Assembly: GCA_041178425.1 (NCBI GenBank)
Contig: JBEGVH010000013.1
Location: 1-64,000, forward strand
Direction: 5' to 3'
Source: Pseudomonadota bacterium
Lineage (GTDB): Bacteria; Bdellovibrionota; Bdellovibrionia; Bdellovibrionales; Bdellovibrionaceae
Length of the DNA: 64,000 nt
Made by a program: the position numbers and the translations under genes
Part shown: piece by piece, positions 39,500-49,769 of the stretch
How positions within the stretch are numbered: position 1 is the first letter of the stretch
How the letters are laid out: each line of letters begins with the position of its first letter
Notes under the pieces: generated by a model
Databases searched by the model: none
What the model saw: the letters and a program-made list of their open reading frames with translations, nothing else
What the model was told of the DNA's origin: nothing

Positions 39500-41902
39500 G
39501 TGATTAAACGTCAAAATCCTAATTTTAATAGTGAACCGCCTCATATTCGTTATAAATACGAGGTTTACACTCATCCCATTGTTGATTGGGTCAATCGTAT
39601 AGGGCTCGAAAAAAATTGGTGGGGTCGGCTCCTTCTAAAAGCAGAAGCAGCCTTTAATATCCGACGATTATTCGTTTTAATGTTATTTTCTTTTGTACTT
39701 GCTTGGGTTGTTAGCTTCGAGCTGCCCGTTCCGATCAGCTACCAAGTGGGAGAGATTGCGTCAACGACACTCAACTCTCCGATGAGTTTTCAGATGATTG
39801 ATGAAGTCAGCACTGAGGAGCAGCGGCGAGAGGCTGCTGAGAGAGTTTTGCCTATCTTTGATTTCGATATTGAAGCATATGATAAGGTTTCTAGTAGACT
39901 GCTTCATACTTTTCGCCAGCTAAGAACTGAACTCCGAAATAAGAAATTGAATCAAAAATTGCCACTAGAATGGGTTCAACAGAAGATTAATTCGCAGTTA
40001 GGAATCGATTGTCCCGAATATCTGGTGAGTTGGCTTGTTCGAAGTGAGTTTAATACAAATATTGAAACAACCATCCTAAATATTTTAGACCAATGGTTTT
40101 CCGAAAAAATTATTTCAAAAGCAGAAAACGAAAAGATTACTCGTTTTACGACCGTTTCAATGAGATCGAGGCAGCGTCCTGAGAGGGAGCTCATAATCGA
40201 TCGCAATGAGTTTATGGTTTTGGGTGACCATGATTTGTTTAGGCTTAAAGATTTTCCGGGATTAGATAGATTAAGCCCTGAAGAGCGAGACAATCTTTAC
40301 TCTTTTACCCACTTGATGTTGGTACCCAATGTATCATTAAATGAGCAGGACGGTGCAATAAGGCGAACGACGGCTCAGGATATGGTTCCTCCAGTTATTA
40401 TAAACATCAAAAAAAACCAGCCAATAATAACGGAGGGAAGTCGAATAACTCCTAGAGATTTGGCGATCGTTCATCAAATTCAAGGTTTACAGAAAGAAAA
40501 TAGTCCATCTCTCAAATCCTTCTTCGTAAGTCTGATTCTTGTCACTTTAATGTTGGCAGCCCGATCATTTTTTAAACATTATTCTTCGCAAAGGTTTAAG
40601 ATCACTGGAAAAGATTTCTTTGTGATGAGCCTGATTATGTTAGGCGAGGTTGTGTTCACGAAGTCTTTCCTCTTTGTGACTGAGGGATCAATTTTAACCC
40701 GATTCTCAAGTCTATTGCCGTCTGATGTTTTTCTAGCTCTGGCCCCATTGGCCTCTGGTCCAATGTTAGTCGCACTATTATTGACTTCGGGCGAGGTGGT
40801 TTTTTTCTTCAGTCTTTTTCTAGGGGCGATCGTTGGAATGATGGTTGGCCATAGTTATTTTTGGATTCTCTTTGTTTGGATTTCAGGGTTGGCAGCCTCT
40901 CGAGGAGTTTTGAGCTGTAAGACAAGGAACGATATTTATTTAGGTGGAATTCGTTGTGGAATTGTCAGCGCTGTTGTGCTCGGTTGTTGGCAGATCGTTC
41001 AGAATTACCAGGCGGTCAATTTTGTGAGAGATCTAATGATCTTAATCGGAGCGGGATTTTTTAGTGGTATTCTCTCGGCGATGATGGCAATGGTCTTTGT
41101 TCCCATTTTAGAATCTCTTTTCAACTACACCACCGACGTCAAACTTCTAGAATTAAGTAATCTCAATCATCCTCTGCTAAAGGAGATGCTGGTGAAGTCG
41201 CCGGGGACCTATCACCACTCTATGATGGTTGGATCAATGGTTGAGGCTGCCGCTGAGGAAATTGGCGCCAACCCGCTCTTGGGGAAGGTTATTTGCTACT
41301 ATCATGATATAGGTAAGTTAGTGCATGCGAATTATTTTATAGAAAATCAAAAGGTAGGGCAAAATCCTCACGATCATATTTCGCCCTACATGAGCAAAAC
41401 ACTTCTTATCGCCCACGTCAAAGATGGCGTGGAGATGGGTATGAAGTATAAATTGGGTCAACCCATCATTGATGGAATTTTGCAGCACCATGGAACTACG
41501 CTCATTAATTTCTTCTACAATAAAGCCTTAGATATGGCCGAAGAAGGACAAGAGGTTGCTGAGGAGGATTTTCGTTATCCGGGGCCAAAGCCCCAGTTTC
41601 GTGAAGCAGCTTTATGTATGTTGGCAGACAGTATTGAAGCGGCCGCGAGATCTCTCGACGAGCCCACCCCAGCGCGTTTGCAAAATATAGTCCGAAATAT
41701 CATTCAAAAGAAATTCTTAGATGGGCAACTCGATGAGTGTAATTTAACCCTCAAAGATTTAACGAAGGTTGAAAATGCTTTCGTGAGAATTCTATTCGGT
41801 ATTTACCACCAGCGAATTGATTATCCAAAAGAAAGCATCGCCCACCAAACTCTGGGTCTAACAGGAAAGCCGCTCAAACAAAATGAGCGATCCAAAGTGT
41901 GA
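39500..41902 (+). CDS. 7TM-HD (HDIG) phosphohydrolase, PgpH-like
   Basis: Extracytoplasmic domain, multiple TM helices, PGTYHHS, YYHDIGK, HHGT, FRYPGPKP and LADSIEAA motifs. GTG 39500 is preferred as the start. Confidence 0.92.
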   Translation: MIKRQNPNFNSEPPHIRYKYEVYTHPIVDWVNRIGLEKNWWGRLLLKAEAAFNIRRLFVLMLFSFVLAWVVSFELPVPISYQVGEIASTTLNSPMSFQMIDEVSTEEQRREAAERVLPIFDFDIEAYDKVSSRLLHTFRQLRTELRNKKLNQKLPLEWVQQKINSQLGIDCPEYLVSWLVRSEFNTNIETTILNILDQWFSEKIISKAENEKITRFTTVSMRSRQRPERELIIDRNEFMVLGDHDLFRLKDFPGLDRLSPEERDNLYSFTHLMLVPNVSLNEQDGAIRRTTAQDMVPPVIINIKKNQPIITEGSRITPRDLAIVHQIQGLQKENSPSLKSFFVSLILVTLMLAARSFFKHYSSQRFKITGKDFFVMSLIMLGEVVFTKSFLFVTEGSILTRFSSLLPSDVFLALAPLASGPMLVALLLTSGEVVFFFSLFLGAIVGMMVGHSYFWILFVWISGLAASRGVLSCKTRNDIYLGGIRCGIVSAVVLGCWQIVQNYQAVNFVRDLMILIGAGFFSGILSAMMAMVFVPILESLFNYTTDVKLLELSNLNHPLLKEMLVKSPGTYHHSMMVGSMVEAAAEEIGANPLLGKVICYYHDIGKLVHANYFIENQKVGQNPHDHISPYMSKTLLIAHVKDGVEMGMKYKLGQPIIDGILQHHGTTLINFFYNKALDMAEEGQEVAEEDFRYPGPKPQFREAALCMLADSIEAAARSLDEPTPARLQNIVRNIIQKKFLDGQLDECNLTLKDLTKVENAFVRILFGIYHQRIDYPKESIAHQTLGLTGKPLKQNERSKV

Positions 41903-41950
41903 TTTGAATCGCTCAATAATAATCTAAGGCTTTGATCAGTAAACTTTACT

Positions 41951-42892
41951 CTAATTGGTCAGAAGAGATTCAAAAAACTCCCTCTGCCTTAATTCGATTT
42001 TATTTGCAGAAGCCCGACTGATTCCCTTCAAATGCCGTGGATCAGTAACTTGTTCAAAGTGGTCAAGATTCAAATGCATGTCAGGGTGAGAAACGATTTT
42101 TATCGAATTCTTTTCGACAGCAGGTGATTGTTCAAAAGTAGATAATGCCGATCGACGACTAATTAACCCATCATTGGTGTTTTCAATTAAAAAAGAGAAT
42201 CCACTCAATAGAGAAGAAAGATGCGTGTATTCATTCTCGCTTGCATTACCTGCCTTGGACTCAGCTTGAGTTCCAGAGTAGGTATTTAATTCCAAGGAGC
42301 TTGGTAGATTCAGCGAGGATAAAAACTCTTCAATTTTTTCAGAAGTATAATCAAAAGTTCTTCCCAGCTTGAATGACGGATAATTAGTTTCAAATAAAAG
42401 TGTTAACTGATCGCGAACAATGAGGTTACTTTTGAGTATATTAGCGAGCTCCAGGCCGCGAAGTGGGGTGGAGATAAGGTGGGCTTTCTCAAAGGAAAGT
42501 TTTTTATCTTGCTGTTGATTTAAAGAGATAGCCTCGAGCGCAAAGAGTCCCCCGATACCGTGGGCTATGACCTCTATAGGAAGTTCGCGTCGATCTGAAT
42601 CTGCGCTATGCCACTTTAAAATCTGCTCCAGGGCCAATCGGCCATTTTCCTTGAGGGTCGTTTTGCTGTCGACAGCATTGGCGATCATCCAGTGGCAGGC
42701 AACGCGAGAAAATGTTGATCTGATCGCTGGGCTGAGTGGAAAAAAAACAGACTTTGCGTCAGTGAGCTCTGATTTCTGAAGCCCGCTTGGTACGAAGACG
42801 AGAGCACGTTTATTATCGCATGCGCCATCAGCTTGTGCCCGTAAAGGAAGGCCGCAAAAGAGGACACTAACAATTAGGAAAAGTCTCTTCAT
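41951..42892 (-). CDS. Secreted alpha/beta-hydrolase (lipase-like) fold protein, probably catalytically inactive
   Basis: Signal peptide, VFVPSG, IAHGIGGL (Gly in place of Ser), STPLRG, NDGLIS and LDH. Start at ATG 42892. Confidence 0.65.
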   Translation of the reverse strand: MKRLFLIVSVLFCGLPLRAQADGACDNKRALVFVPSGLQKSELTDAKSVFFPLSPAIRSTFSRVACHWMIANAVDSKTTLKENGRLALEQILKWHSADSDRRELPIEVIAHGIGGLFALEAISLNQQQDKKLSFEKAHLISTPLRGLELANILKSNLIVRDQLTLLFETNYPSFKLGRTFDYTSEKIEEFLSSLNLPSSLELNTYSGTQAESKAGNASENEYTHLSSLLSGFSFLIENTNDGLISRRSALSTFEQSPAVEKNSIKIVSHPDMHLNLDHFEQVTDPRHLKGISRASANKIELRQREFFESLLTN

Positions 42893-42896
42893 TGAA

Positions 42897-43178
42897 CTAT
42901 TCCATTTTGTTGACGTCGTCTTTGAGTTCCTTACCAACTTTAAAAAAGGGAAGTTTTTTTTCTTCGACATTGATGATTTCTCCAGTCCTTGGATTACGTC
43001 CTTTATAGGCGTCGTACTTGCGATTCACGAAGGAACCAAAGCCACGAATTTCGATGCGATCATCTCGCATTAAAGCTTCAACCATAGTGTCAAAGACAGT
43101 ATTCACTGCCGCTTCTGCTTTCACGCGAGTAATTCCCGCCTTCGTAGCAACTTTATTAATGAGATCGGCCTTGGTCAT
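42897..43178 (-). CDS. HU/IHF family DNA-binding protein (IHF-beta-like)
   Basis: MTKADLI, IEIRGFGSF, GRNPRTG and PFFKVGKELK motifs. Confidence 0.95.
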   Translation of the reverse strand: MTKADLINKVATKAGITRVKAEAAVNTVFDTMVEALMRDDRIEIRGFGSFVNRKYDAYKGRNPRTGEIINVEEKKLPFFKVGKELKDDVNKME

Positions 43179-43271
43179 ATTTCATCCTTGTAACATGCTG
43201 AATTGACTTAATTTTAGAATAGCTCAATAAATGGCATTTATGTAAATGCCTAACTTGAATAATGTGAGGCG

Positions 43272-44570
43272 TCAGTGATTTTCTGTACCCAAATTTGCGT
43301 GATCCAATTTAAATTCTGGTTTTTGAAAAAAACCAGAATTGTTTAAAATTTTAAAATAAGCGTTAATAGTTGCTTGGACCATCTTTTTGGTATCAAAAAA
43401 ATTGGTCACTTTTTTTCGGGCTTTTTCGCCAATAGGGCTGGGGTTTATATTGCCTGAGAAAATATCAATAAGAAGTTCAGAGAGACTTTCTATGTCTGCG
43501 GGTCTTAATAAAAAACCATCAACAGAGTCTTCAATGATGTTAGCCACAGCACTTACTTCGGAGCCAATAACAAGCTTTTCTTGGGCCATTGATTCGATCA
43601 GGGTAGATTCAAATCCAGTTGTTCTCGCGCTGAGGTTAATGAAGACGTCACAAATTGAAATGTAGTCTGGAATATCTTGTTCTTTGACCGCTCCCACCAT
43701 TAGAACTCTTCGTCCAAGTGCCAAATTTAGAATTTCAAATTCTAATTCTTTCCACTTCGGCCCGTTGCCCAAAATTATTAAATAGGCGTTTGGTTTTTTG
43801 ATTGCCACTTTTTCAAAAGCTTTCAGAAGTGGCATAATCTCATCAAGTTCATTCATATCACTGGGTGTAATGGCTACTTTTGCAGACGCTGGAATATTTA
43901 AGCTCGTCCGTAATTCTTTTGCCTCTTCCCTCGGTTCTAAATTTCCAATTTCAATCCCATAGGGAACAGTATAAATATGGAAGTCTGGATAAAGATAGTA
44001 ACGCTCTAGCATTAATCGTTGCTGGGGGTTGGTCACGAATACGCCATTGGCTGTTTTTAAGAGTTGGCGATCGCCGCCATAAAATGTTGAAAGAAATTTA
44101 TATAGGGCTGCGATAGCAGTAGATAAAATTCCCCCAACCGTCTCTTGGCCCATCGCCAAAATAGCAAGAACCTGAACCATCTGAGTGGCATCCGCATCAT
44201 AGGCGACCGCCACTTTAAAGTCGTTTTTCAGCTCACCTACTTTGAGAGCCGAGTTGTCAATGCTGTGCACGAGATCAAAAGACTCTTGTTTGTGAAGTTC
44301 CTTGAATTTTGAGAGAGCCATTTTGGAAAAAACTTCGCGCGATTCAATATGGCTTCCTTCCAAAATGAAATAGGCAGTAACGCCACCTCGTTCAACCTTT
44401 GGTTTACCCATGTTGCTTCGTCCAGCAATAATGGTGACCTTATGTCCATGAGCGGCCAGTCCCGTTGCAATAGGCCAAAGAAAACCATGGTCGGAGGCTC
44501 TTCCCAAAATATGAAATTTTTGGGCCATTAGGCAGATATTTAGCTTTTGAGGAAAAGGTCGCTTCGCCAT
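43272..44570 (-). CDS. Glycosyltransferase family 4
   Basis: GH.VT, VPYGI, ILGNGP and GFESTLIESMA (E-x7-E-like) motifs. Confidence 0.88.
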   Translation of the reverse strand: MAKRPFPQKLNICLMAQKFHILGRASDHGFLWPIATGLAAHGHKVTIIAGRSNMGKPKVERGGVTAYFILEGSHIESREVFSKMALSKFKELHKQESFDLVHSIDNSALKVGELKNDFKVAVAYDADATQMVQVLAILAMGQETVGGILSTAIAALYKFLSTFYGGDRQLLKTANGVFVTNPQQRLMLERYYLYPDFHIYTVPYGIEIGNLEPREEAKELRTSLNIPASAKVAITPSDMNELDEIMPLLKAFEKVAIKKPNAYLIILGNGPKWKELEFEILNLALGRRVLMVGAVKEQDIPDYISICDVFINLSARTTGFESTLIESMAQEKLVIGSEVSAVANIIEDSVDGFLLRPADIESLSELLIDIFSGNINPSPIGEKARKKVTNFFDTKKMVQATINAYFKILNNSGFFQKPEFKLDHANLGTENH

Positions 44571-44589
44571 AACACTAATACTATAATTA

Positions 44590-45597
44590 CTAGTTCTGAA
44601 AATCCAGTTTTATAAAAGATCTCAAAATCTGGTTAGAAATTTGATCGCGATACTGTTTTAACTCTAATTTAGTTGAAAACGGGAGTTTTACGAAGGGATT
44701 GTTCCAGGGGCGGTTGGTATTTTGTCTTTGTGACTCACTCCAGAACCAGAAGGTATCTCCATCTTTCCAGGGAGCCTTTAGGTGGCTTCGAGTGTAAGTA
44801 TCCATAATAATACACACTTCGAGTTCCGTAGCGAGATCAATAAGATCTGTTTCGCTAAAGGGAAGCTCTTGCTCACCGAGGAGAACTAGATAGCGAACGT
44901 CGGACCAATCTTCAAAGTTCAGCCGAGGGGAGTGAGTTTGAAACTGTGTCCAAAAGGAAGAAAACTGTTCGCGAATTTTGTTTTGTTGGCGAATGGCAAG
45001 TCGCTCCCAATTCCAAAACTCAAGAATATTTTCGCGATTCATTAGGAGACAGGTCATGAGTTTCTGCCAAGCTGGATCTACTCCCACGAGAGATGGAAAT
45101 ACCCAGCGGTGGCGGTAAAAATCGACCCCGCTCTCATTCAATCTGGTCTCTCGATGACCTGGTTGACTTGGTAAACTTAAACTTCGCTTGCATGGTAGGG
45201 ACTGGGTTTCTGAAAATAGGCTTCCAAAGGCTTTGAGCCAAAGACGAAAAGCCCAGGAGGCTTTAGGCCATTCGGAATGAGTTAGGGTCGTATCTGGGAC
45301 TGTTTTCGCCAGGGTGGCGATTGCGCCCAAACCACTGAGTTGCCTTGCACTGGGGTTTGCGGGCAGAATAAAGTGAAAATGAACCGGCTTTTGCTGAAGG
45401 AACCACGGAAGAAGTCTACCTATCTCCAAGGGAGAATAGGATTCAAGGCATTGAAGCATTTCGACATAGGGATCGATGAAAGAGTGGGTGTATTTTTCGC
45501 TGATTATCTTTATTGAAAAAGTCTCCCTGGTTACTTGAATCAGTTCCTCTAGGTGGGGACTCCAATGTGGGGCAATAAAAACAAGAACCGACTTCAT
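44590..45597 (-). CDS. Hypothetical protein (possibly a degenerate GT-B fold)
   Basis: 335 aa ORF tightly packed between the NUDIX and GT4 genes; no clear catalytic motif. Confidence 0.6.
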   Translation of the reverse strand: MKSVLVFIAPHWSPHLEELIQVTRETFSIKIISEKYTHSFIDPYVEMLQCLESYSPLEIGRLLPWFLQQKPVHFHFILPANPSARQLSGLGAIATLAKTVPDTTLTHSEWPKASWAFRLWLKAFGSLFSETQSLPCKRSLSLPSQPGHRETRLNESGVDFYRHRWVFPSLVGVDPAWQKLMTCLLMNRENILEFWNWERLAIRQQNKIREQFSSFWTQFQTHSPRLNFEDWSDVRYLVLLGEQELPFSETDLIDLATELEVCIIMDTYTRSHLKAPWKDGDTFWFWSESQRQNTNRPWNNPFVKLPFSTKLELKQYRDQISNQILRSFIKLDFQN

Positions 45598-45600
45598 AAT

Positions 45601-46023
45601 TTAATTCTGCAAAATCTTAAGAAGCTGATTGAGAATGCGCCGATTGGCTTCGGGAATGGCTCTTGTTTTTAATTCTTCGGGATAAACCCATTCTATTTGA
45701 GCATGATGGTTTGCTTTAGGTTCACCCTTCCAGTAGGGGACGTCATAGAAAAGAATTATAATCCCAACATCTTCGTAGCAATGGGTCACTGCCAATTCTA
45801 GCTTGCCGATCTGTGCTTCGATGCCAATCTCCTCCTGCAACTCGCGAGCAAGGGCTTCCTCTGGAGATTCACCGAGCTCAATTTTGCCCCCAGGAAACTC
45901 CCACTGACCAGCTAAACTGTGATTTTCAGGCCTTTGACCAACAAGCACTTGGGGACCTTTTTTTAGAAGGCCCGCAACGACAGGTATCCAATGTTTTTTA
46001 TTACGCTTAGACTTTAATGCCAT
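45601..46023 (-). CDS. NUDIX hydrolase, MutT/NudG-like
   Basis: WEFPGGKIELGESPEEALARELQEEIG Nudix box. Confidence 0.93.
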   Translation of the reverse strand: MALKSKRNKKHWIPVVAGLLKKGPQVLVGQRPENHSLAGQWEFPGGKIELGESPEEALARELQEEIGIEAQIGKLELAVTHCYEDVGIIILFYDVPYWKGEPKANHHAQIEWVYPEELKTRAIPEANRRILNQLLKILQN

Positions 46024-46985
46024 TGAAACCTTGCTGCTTTTTTAAAAAAAAGCGGTCCATGGTAAATCAGGGCAGCATAGATCTGAGTAAGATCGGCACC
46101 ATTTTCGAGGCGCCACGCAATCTCTTCACAGTCCATAATTCCACCGGCAGATACTATAAGAAAATTCTTTTTATCGTGTCCGAGGTGAGAGACCGCAGTC
46201 TGAAGAGTTTTTCGAGAAATAAGTCGGAGGGGAGAGCCGGAAACACCTCCCTCGCTAGGAAATGGCAAATTCCCAGGACGCTGTAAGGTTGTATTCGTAA
46301 GAATAAAGCCATCCATTTTTTCTTGGGCGCCAAGGTCTATAGCCTCTCTCAGTTGGTCGTCACTCATATCTGGGCTAAGCTTCAATAAAAGATTCTTGTT
46401 AGGTGCCGATTGACGAACTTCAGATAGGAAGACTCTGAGATGCTCTCGGCTCTGTAAGTCTCTTAACCCCTTTGTGTTCGGGCTACTAATGTTAATTACA
46501 AAAGTAGTCCCACAATTTTGGAGTGTTTGGAGGGCTGATTTATAGTCATCAATTGCATGGTCATTATCAGTGTCGCGGTTTTTGCCAATATTTATAAATA
46601 ATGGAACTTTGAGATCTGGCAGGATGCTCTCAATTTTTTCTTTTACAAATTCTGCGCCGGGATTGGGGAAACCCATTTTATTCCAAACAGAAAGAGTTTT
46701 GCTGTCTCGATCCATAATTGTTCCGGGATTTGGGCCTTGAGGGCGAGGAGTCACGGTGCCCACTTCCAAAAAACCGGCACCAAGTTTTTGCCAATGCAGT
46801 AGCTGATTTCCTTGTTTATCTACGCCACCAGCGATACCCAGTGGATTTTCAAACTGTTGATTTTTCCAGGATAATGGTTTCCAGCGAGTCGGCCCCTCTT
46901 TGTGAAAAAAGCTTAGCACCGGCAAAATTGCAGGTGCTAAGTTATGAGACCAGCTTGGTGGTATCCAAAGCCACGGTTTAATCAT
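46014..46985 (-). CDS. pyrD: Quinone-dependent dihydroorotate dehydrogenase
   Basis: NPLGIAGG.DK, GTVTPRPQ.PN, NIGKN, NISSPNT.GLR, KLSPD, TNTT and GG.SG motifs. Confidence 0.95.
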   Translation of the reverse strand: MIKPWLWIPPSWSHNLAPAILPVLSFFHKEGPTRWKPLSWKNQQFENPLGIAGGVDKQGNQLLHWQKLGAGFLEVGTVTPRPQGPNPGTIMDRDSKTLSVWNKMGFPNPGAEFVKEKIESILPDLKVPLFINIGKNRDTDNDHAIDDYKSALQTLQNCGTTFVINISSPNTKGLRDLQSREHLRVFLSEVRQSAPNKNLLLKLSPDMSDDQLREAIDLGAQEKMDGFILTNTTLQRPGNLPFPSEGGVSGSPLRLISRKTLQTAVSHLGHDKKNFLIVSAGGIMDCEEIAWRLENGADLTQIYAALIYHGPLFFKKAARFQWH

Positions 46986-48265
46986 CGAGGGTAGAGTCCT
47001 CTCAAAAGCATGGCTTTTTCTAATCGCTTTACAGCAACACCCATTGCAGCGGAACGCATGTCGACCTTTTTTTCTTGAGCTGTTTGATAAGTGGTATCGA
47101 ACGCTTTGGTGATAATCGACTTAAGTTTTCCGTTAATATCATCTTCTTCCCAAAAGAAAGACATGATGTCTTGAACCCATTCAAAATAAGAAACGATAAC
47201 TCCTCCGCCGTTAGCAATGATATCGGGGGCAATGAAGATACCATTTTGATGAAGAATTTTGGTCGCATTCATTGTTACAGGTCCGTTGGCCCCTTCGATA
47301 ACCATTTTTGCTTTAACGTTTTTTGCATTTTTCTCATCGATAACGCCCTCAAGTGCACAAGGGAGAAGAGCATCAACTGGTAATTCAAGGAGATCTGCAT
47401 TTGAAATATCTTTAGCTCCAGGAAAGCCCTTCAGAGTTTTGTTGGTCTTGAAGTATTCTTGAAGCTTAGGTATGTCGAGACCGTCGCCGTTGAAGATTCC
47501 ACCGTCTACGTCAGAAACTGCAATAATTTTTGCCCCTCTTTGTGAGGCATAAAGAGCAGCATGAGAACCGACATTTCCGAATCCCTGAATGGCTATGGTG
47601 GCACCGGACATTTTTTTGCCTTGGGTTTCAAAGGCTCGTTCCGTGATATAAATAACTCCAAGCCCTGTAGCGCCAACACGTCCCAGGGTGCCTCCAATTT
47701 CAACCGGTTTGCCAGTCACGACGCCGGGTTGAGTGAATCCACCTTGTTCTTGAGAGTAGGTGTCCATCATCCACGCCATCGTTTGCGCATCAGTTCCTAC
47801 GTCGGGCGCCGGAATATCCTTTGCGGGTCCAATGAAAGAAGCAATTTCAGAAGTGTAGCGCCGAGTTAAATTTTGTTTCTCCGTTCTAGATAATTTTCGA
47901 GGATCAACAGTGATTCCACCCTTCGCGCCTCCATAGGGAAGACCAAGCACTGAATTTTTGAAAGTCATGAGAGCTGCTAAACCAGCAACTTCACCAAGAT
48001 CGACATTTTGGTGATATCTTATGCCGCCTTTATAAGGGCCAAGGGTTGCGTTGTATTGGACTCTATAGCCCATAAAAACTTGAACCGATTGGTCATCCAT
48101 TCTGACGGGAACCGCCACGCTGACGCATTTGCGGGGCAGTTTCAAACGATTTACGATGTTTTGATCGATTTTCATGAGTTGCGCTGCTTCCTCGATTCCT
48201 TGCGTGGCATTGAGAAAAAGAGGATGTTTCAGGTATTCAGGTAGTGCTAAGTTTTGATTGTTCAT
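46982..48265 (-). CDS. gdhA: Glutamate dehydrogenase (Glu/Leu/Phe/Val family)
   Basis: GPYKGGIRY, GGAKGG, DIPAPDV, QGFGNVG, EGANGP and GGVIVSYFEW motifs. Confidence 0.95.
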   Translation of the reverse strand: MNNQNLALPEYLKHPLFLNATQGIEEAAQLMKIDQNIVNRLKLPRKCVSVAVPVRMDDQSVQVFMGYRVQYNATLGPYKGGIRYHQNVDLGEVAGLAALMTFKNSVLGLPYGGAKGGITVDPRKLSRTEKQNLTRRYTSEIASFIGPAKDIPAPDVGTDAQTMAWMMDTYSQEQGGFTQPGVVTGKPVEIGGTLGRVGATGLGVIYITERAFETQGKKMSGATIAIQGFGNVGSHAALYASQRGAKIIAVSDVDGGIFNGDGLDIPKLQEYFKTNKTLKGFPGAKDISNADLLELPVDALLPCALEGVIDEKNAKNVKAKMVIEGANGPVTMNATKILHQNGIFIAPDIIANGGGVIVSYFEWVQDIMSFFWEEDDINGKLKSIITKAFDTTYQTAQEKKVDMRSAAMGVAVKRLEKAMLLRGLYPR

Positions 48266-48439
48266 ATTAATTAAAGTTCCTTTTTCTAAGGTTATTTTCC
48301 AATTAACATAGTGAGTTTATGAAGTTATAATCACAATGTCGAGAGGGAAAGCCGACCAGGGCGTAACTTGTTGCTTGATGCCATTGAAGAGTCCGGAATT
48401 GTATTTGTTAAATTGGGTTCGTGGCTCAGGCTTTTGGAT

Positions 48440-48455
48440 TGGCACGAGGCTTTCA
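48440..48455 (+). promoter_or_regulatory. Possible sigma54-like element upstream of the heptose kinase gene
   Basis: TGGCACGAGGCTTTCA has a perfect -24 TGGCACG with correct spacing, but the -12 is TTTCA rather than TTGCA. Confidence 0.35.
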
Positions 48456-48495
48456 TTGAAAACTTGAGCGCAAACAATGAATAGGAATTGTTGAG

Positions 48496-49518
48496 ATGGT
48501 TAAAAAGGTAGCAGCCGAAGAGATTAAAGTAAAACTTCTAGAGCGAATACCACTGCTCGCGGGTAAGAAGATTCTAATCATTGGTGACGTTGGGGTTGAT
48601 GAATACATTTTAGGCCAGGTGCGGCGTATTTCGCCTGAGGCACCTGTTCCAGTTCTTGAAGTTGAAGAAGAAGATTTTCGTTTGGGGTTATCAGCCAATG
48701 TGGCCCAAAATGTAATAGGGTTGGGTGGTGTTCCCTATCTCGTCTCCGTTATTGGTCGTGACCTCGGCGGAAATACTCTCAAAAAACTTCTGAGAGATAA
48801 TGATGTTAGTGTTGATCACCTGATTGTAGATGATAGTCGGCCAACCACTCGAAAGACCCGTATAATGGCCAAGCATCATCATTTGGTGAGAGTTGATCAT
48901 GAAGTACGGCAGTTTATTGAAGATAAGATTCGAATAGACCTTATTTCGGAAGTCGAGAGATTAACTTCAATCGTAGACATCGTGATTATTCAAGATTATG
49001 CAAAAGGCATTGTAGATTCTAAATTAGTTAATCAGGTCGTTGAAATATCTCATCGGCACAAAAAATTGGTGTTGTTGGATCCCCACAGAAACCAACCACT
49101 TTCTGTATACCAAGGGGTCGATCTATTTAAACCAAATTTTGAAGAAGCACTTGCCCTCGCTGGAACCAGTTTTGAGGATTTTAAAATTCACCGAAAAAGC
49201 TTAGCTGACGTTGGAGAGAACCTACGTTTGCATTTAGGGGCCAAGTGGGTTGTTCTAACTCAGGGAAAAGAGGGGATGACGATTTTTGATGGCAAAGAAA
49301 TTCATCAAGTCCCAACCTTTGCTCGTCAAGTGTTTGATGTGACGGGCGCCGGGGATACGGTTATTGCAACTTTGGCGATGGCTATGGCGGCAGGGTTTAG
49401 CATCGATGAATCATGTGTTTTAGCCAATTTCGCTGCGGGCGTGGTTGTTGGTAAAGTTGGATGTGTTCCCTGTCCTCGAAAAGAGTTGGTGGAGTATATC
49501 GAAAGCCATGGAATGTGA
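48496..49518 (+). CDS. hldA: D-glycero-beta-D-manno-heptose-7-phosphate kinase (HldA/RfaE domain I)
   Basis: RISPEAPVPV, ANVA.N, TTRKTR, DYAKG and VFDVTGAGDTV motifs. Confidence 0.93.
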   Translation: MVKKVAAEEIKVKLLERIPLLAGKKILIIGDVGVDEYILGQVRRISPEAPVPVLEVEEEDFRLGLSANVAQNVIGLGGVPYLVSVIGRDLGGNTLKKLLRDNDVSVDHLIVDDSRPTTRKTRIMAKHHHLVRVDHEVRQFIEDKIRIDLISEVERLTSIVDIVIIQDYAKGIVDSKLVNQVVEISHRHKKLVLLDPHRNQPLSVYQGVDLFKPNFEEALALAGTSFEDFKIHRKSLADVGENLRLHLGAKWVVLTQGKEGMTIFDGKEIHQVPTFARQVFDVTGAGDTVIATLAMAMAAGFSIDESCVLANFAAGVVVGKVGCVPCPRKELVEYIESHGM

Positions 49519-49769
49519 TTGTTTATAGAAATAAATGAAATTAATTGAGTGGCGTAAAATGGCACTTTTGTTTGGGGTCATTGGATTTTTTTTGATTCCA
49601 TTTAAGTAATTGATTTTAATGATATTTATCGAATTCATTGGCTCGATTAAGGTGAGTCCTTGAATTTGCTTTTTTCAACATTCCTCGATTGAAGAAAAGA
49701 TCAATTTTTGATAGAGTCTGCGCTTCTTAAAGGCCATTACAGCCCTTTCTTGCGGGTATTGGAGAAGCC

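Noticed and set aside
42893..42970. Apparent 74 nt overlap between the lipase-like ORF and the IHF/HU gene
   Set aside because: This is an artefact of the longest-ORF start. ATG 42892 begins a clean signal peptide and removes the overlap.
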